Shown: one piece after another, positions 8,366 to 11,086 of the stretch | How positions within the stretch are numbered: the stretch's first letter is position 1 | Layout: the number at the start of each line of letters is the position of its first letter | Assembly: GCA_043228905.1 (NCBI GenBank) | Contig: JBHGNT010001196.1 | Span: 1 to 11,086 of the forward strand | Source: Azolla caroliniana | Lineage: Eukaryota > Plantae > Polypodiophyta | DNA: 11,086 nucleotides | Reading direction: 5' to 3' | Program-made: the position numbers and the translations under genes | Notes under the pieces: model-generated | The model's database searches: none | Told to the model about the DNA's origin: nothing | What the model saw: only the letters and a program-made list of their open reading frames with translations

Positions 8366-8425
8366 TTGATGTAGCCAAATTCTCACATTCTCTATTCTTG
8401 GCACATACCGGAGGACGTGCAGTTT

Positions 8426-8437
8426 GGTGGGGGTGGA
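8426..8437 (+). other. Polypurine tract
   Basis: GGTGGGGGTGGA immediately before the TG that starts the 3' LTR. Confidence 0.85.
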
Positions 8438-9551
8438 TGTCGTAAAGATTTTCACCAACAGTGTGAAAATTGAATGGAATGTACAAAATCGAGTGTGGTT
8501 CTTCACACACAACATAAAACAATAATAGAGAAGATATTATTTTATACTAGTTTACTACCTTTGTACAAAAGTATGGAGGTCTTCAAGAGCTTTCGAATAC
8601 ACTTTACCACATAAGAAACGGAAAACTAATTGGCAAGTTATGTGGGTATGAAGTTTGCGAAGTAGAAGAGAAAAAACAAAACTACGAGATATCCCACATA
8701 GACGGGATAAATCAGGATCCCAGAGTATATAAGGCGGACCAAAATCTATTACTTTGTGTCTATGAGTGGATCATAGAATGTTCAAGGCAACTTGAGCTAA
8801 ACTAATTGGATGAATTGGTGTGGCCTAACTACTTGTAAAAGTTTTGGCCGACCGGAACCAGACAGAGCCTGCGAGGTGGCGACGGCGACCGGACGGAGCC
8901 AGCAAGACGATGAAAAAAAGGATCAGATTGAACCAATCGGGACATACGGATAGGTTGATTGATCCCGGTGCATGGTGATTTGAAGGTTTTCGGTGTAAAT
9001 ACAAGACCAAAAGCCTAGTAGTATTTTGTGTTTTAAAAGGGATGTGAGCAAGGCTGAACCTTGCACCTCCAAGTTCAAAGTCAATAGGCTTACCAATAAG
9101 CCAAGTCATATCTTCAAAAGCTTTACTTTGATCATTTTACATGTAAATTCTCATATATGAGAGCTTGAATGAGTGACATAGTTATCATGTAACACATGTA
9201 ATACATGAGCGCCAAATGGCAAACATGCATCTCATGCATGTCTTGCACCTTCACATGCACCATATGCATGGGGGCATCTATAAAATAGTGGAGGAATCAA
9301 GCAAATGGGGGTAATGAAAAATTTTGGAAAAATAAGAAACTTGTAATCCTATTGTTGGTGTATCTTCTCTCCTAAATCTAAAAGTTAAAAGTTTGATCTT
9401 TATCTTAATATCTCTCTTTCGTCATATCAATATCTCTCAATCTATCTTAAATACCTTCTCGCTAAAGTTAGTGCAAACTTCGAATCCTTCCGGTCCAGGA
9501 ACCCGGTGGTTCCGCCTCACAATCCGCACGTAGTGACGGATCTTCACGACA
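8438..9551 (+). repeat. 3' LTR (1114 bp)
   Basis: TGTCGTAAAGAT...ATCTTCACGACA, direct repeat of 1975-3089. Confidence 0.98.
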
Positions 9552-9555
9552 ACGA
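9552..9555 (+). repeat. Right 4-bp target-site duplication ACGA
   Basis: Matches 1971-1974. Confidence 0.9.
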
Positions 9556-9771
9556 TTCCTCCCTTCTTTGAATGGCTTCTCTTGTGTCATGTTACTTTGA
9601 AGGAGTCCCTTGTTCATCTGATCTTTTCCTTTTTTCTTCAACAGGAACCTCATAGCTTTGGCACACGGCTTCCACAAAACTAGTCTTTTCTTCCATAGGG
9701 TCCTTTCAACCTATCATTGACTGGATTCTTTGTTCGGCTACATAGGCATGGTTCGTGTTGAGTTTCCCTTT

Positions 9772-9956
9772 CTAGTAAACTCTTGCAAAAGGTTTCTCAT
9801 CTTGAGAGCTTCTTTGAAGTAATTCTCTTAGTTTGTATGTATGGGTTGCAATGCATCTCCTCCAGTAAAGATTAAAGCATGGTTTTGGTTTTCAGGTTTT
9901 CCTTCTCCAATCTTGAGTAGCCTTGGGAGCTCAATTTGATCAATTTCAACTTCTTT
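9772..9956 (-). pseudogene. Callose synthase fragment, copy 2 (shorter)
   Basis: KEVEIDQIELPRLLKIGEGKPENQNHALIFTGGDALQ...ENYFKEALKMRNLLQEF. Confidence 0.94.
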
Positions 9957-10341
9957 TCTTTGCAATTCCCAGGATCTCCTGTAGTGTGAACTCGATTCAG
10001 TTATCCACGATCCTTTCTTCCATCACATGCTTAAGGTCGGTGGGCTGCTCTATCTCTGAGCATAGTTTGAACGTCGGTCCGATTCTTTCTTTGCCTCTTT
10101 CAGTTATCGTTTGGGGTGGTAAAGATTCCTCCCTTCTTCGAACGGCTTCTCTTGTGTCATGTTTCTTTGAAGGAGCCCCTTGTTCATCTAATCTTTTCCT
10201 TTTTTCTTCAACAGGGACCTCATAGCTTTGGCACACGGCTTCCACAAAGCTAATCTTTTCTTCCACAGGGTCCTTTCAACCTATGATTGAATGGATTCTT
10301 TGTTCTCCTACATAGGCCTCGTTCTTGTTGAGTTTCCCTTT
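9772..10341. repeat. 570-bp tandem duplication, copy 2 (uninterrupted)
   Basis: 9772-10125 matches 1621-1974 and 10126-10341 matches 9556-9771. Confidence 0.93.
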
Positions 10342-11086
10342 TTCAACCTAAGCAAGAATGGTTGGCCAAAATTCCCCTATTTGTGTCCCTTGAGTTTTTG
10401 TTTCATGCTTACTCCGATCGCAGCTGATGAGTAGTAAGTGTTGCCCACATTTCTTTCCTCCAAACCCCTTAAACAAGTTCGTCATTCCTCCTCGACCAAA
10501 GTTGGTTCTTAGGGGGCGCCATGTCTCCGATGAATGAATTCGATTGTCATAGAGATAAATGACATCACATCAAAGAGCATCTTGAAAATCGGAACAATCT
10601 GTCTGCTGATGTTCCAAATAATCACTCCAAATACACCTACGAGGAAAATCCAAATGACAACCCGGGAAATTCTGGCCTTCATCTCTTCTAACTTGAGCAA
10701 TCTTCATTTCCTGGAGCATCTCTACAACCTCGTCTATTGTAGCTCCGCTCATGGGTCCCACCACCACATCGTTCCTCGGCCTTACCATTTGCGGTTCTTG
10801 CCTCTCATTACGAGTTTGTTGGCCAATCGGAGTTACGGTTCCGATAATTTGTTCGTTATCCCATTATCGGCATTTGTCAAATCGCCCACACGCTCTCTTC
10901 ACTACAGTCCAGTCGGAAATGAGAACATCCTCATTTTACAATAGTAATCCAAGGTCTCTCCATTCTTTTATGTCTATTTCCTTTAAGAACAAGTCTAATA
11001 AAGTGTATGTAGATGACCAAACCTTTGCTCGAATTCTTGAAGTGTCGCACTCACACTCAACCATTTGTTTGCAGACTCCACCCAGT

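Larger units (their letters stand above)
1975..9551 (+). mobile_element. Ty3/gypsy LTR retrotransposon with both LTRs, non-autonomous, non-chromovirus (Phygy-like)
   Basis: Paired TG...CA LTRs, TSD, PBS and PPT. Domain order Gag-PR-RT-RH-INT, no chromodomain after integrase. The lineage name is inferred. Confidence 0.97.
9556..11086 (-). mobile_element. Outer degenerate Ty3/gypsy element, right part (gag), running off the window
   Basis: Minus strand gives WVESANKWLSVSATLQEFEQRFGHL, LFLKEIDIKEWRDLGLLL, SDWTVVKRACGRFDK, RRCIWSDYLEHQQTDC (decayed knuckle), SSETWRPL.TNFGRGG and EVPVEEKRKRLDEQG. All are collinear with the inner Gag. Confidence 0.93.

Noticed and set aside
8260-8437. Chromodomain or env-like ORF after integrase
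   Set aside because: Only a short acidic tail and about 60 bp precede the PPT, leaving no room and no motif.
3420-8522. Numerous minus-strand ORFs across the inner element
   Set aside because: Ser/Leu/Phe-rich complements of purine-rich gag-pol codons, with no independent coding signal.

Overview
Eukaryotic, land-plant repeat DNA made of nested LTR retrotransposons, with no intact host gene. A moss such as Physcomitrium is my inference, not shown by the sequence. (1) A structurally complete but coding-defective Ty3/gypsy non-chromovirus element (Phygy-like) lies on + at 1975-9551. It has ~1.1-kb LTRs (~3.5% diverged by hand count), a 4-bp ACGA target duplication, a tRNA-Trp-type PBS and a PPT. 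Its layout is Gag(CCHC)-protease, then a -1 frameshift cassette, then RT (internally deleted)-RNase H-integrase. (2) It is inserted in an older, related element on - (897-1974 and 9556-11086). That older element captured ~300 bp of callose synthase coding sequence between gag and protease, then duplicated a 570-bp chimeric unit in tandem. (3) The left end is probably the PPT and 3' LTR of a third, Copia-like element, with a 189-bp unit repeated three times. The best signals are the slippery site plus stem/pseudoknot conserved in both gypsy elements downstream of protease, the callose synthase capture, and a DHG protease motif shared by both elements.
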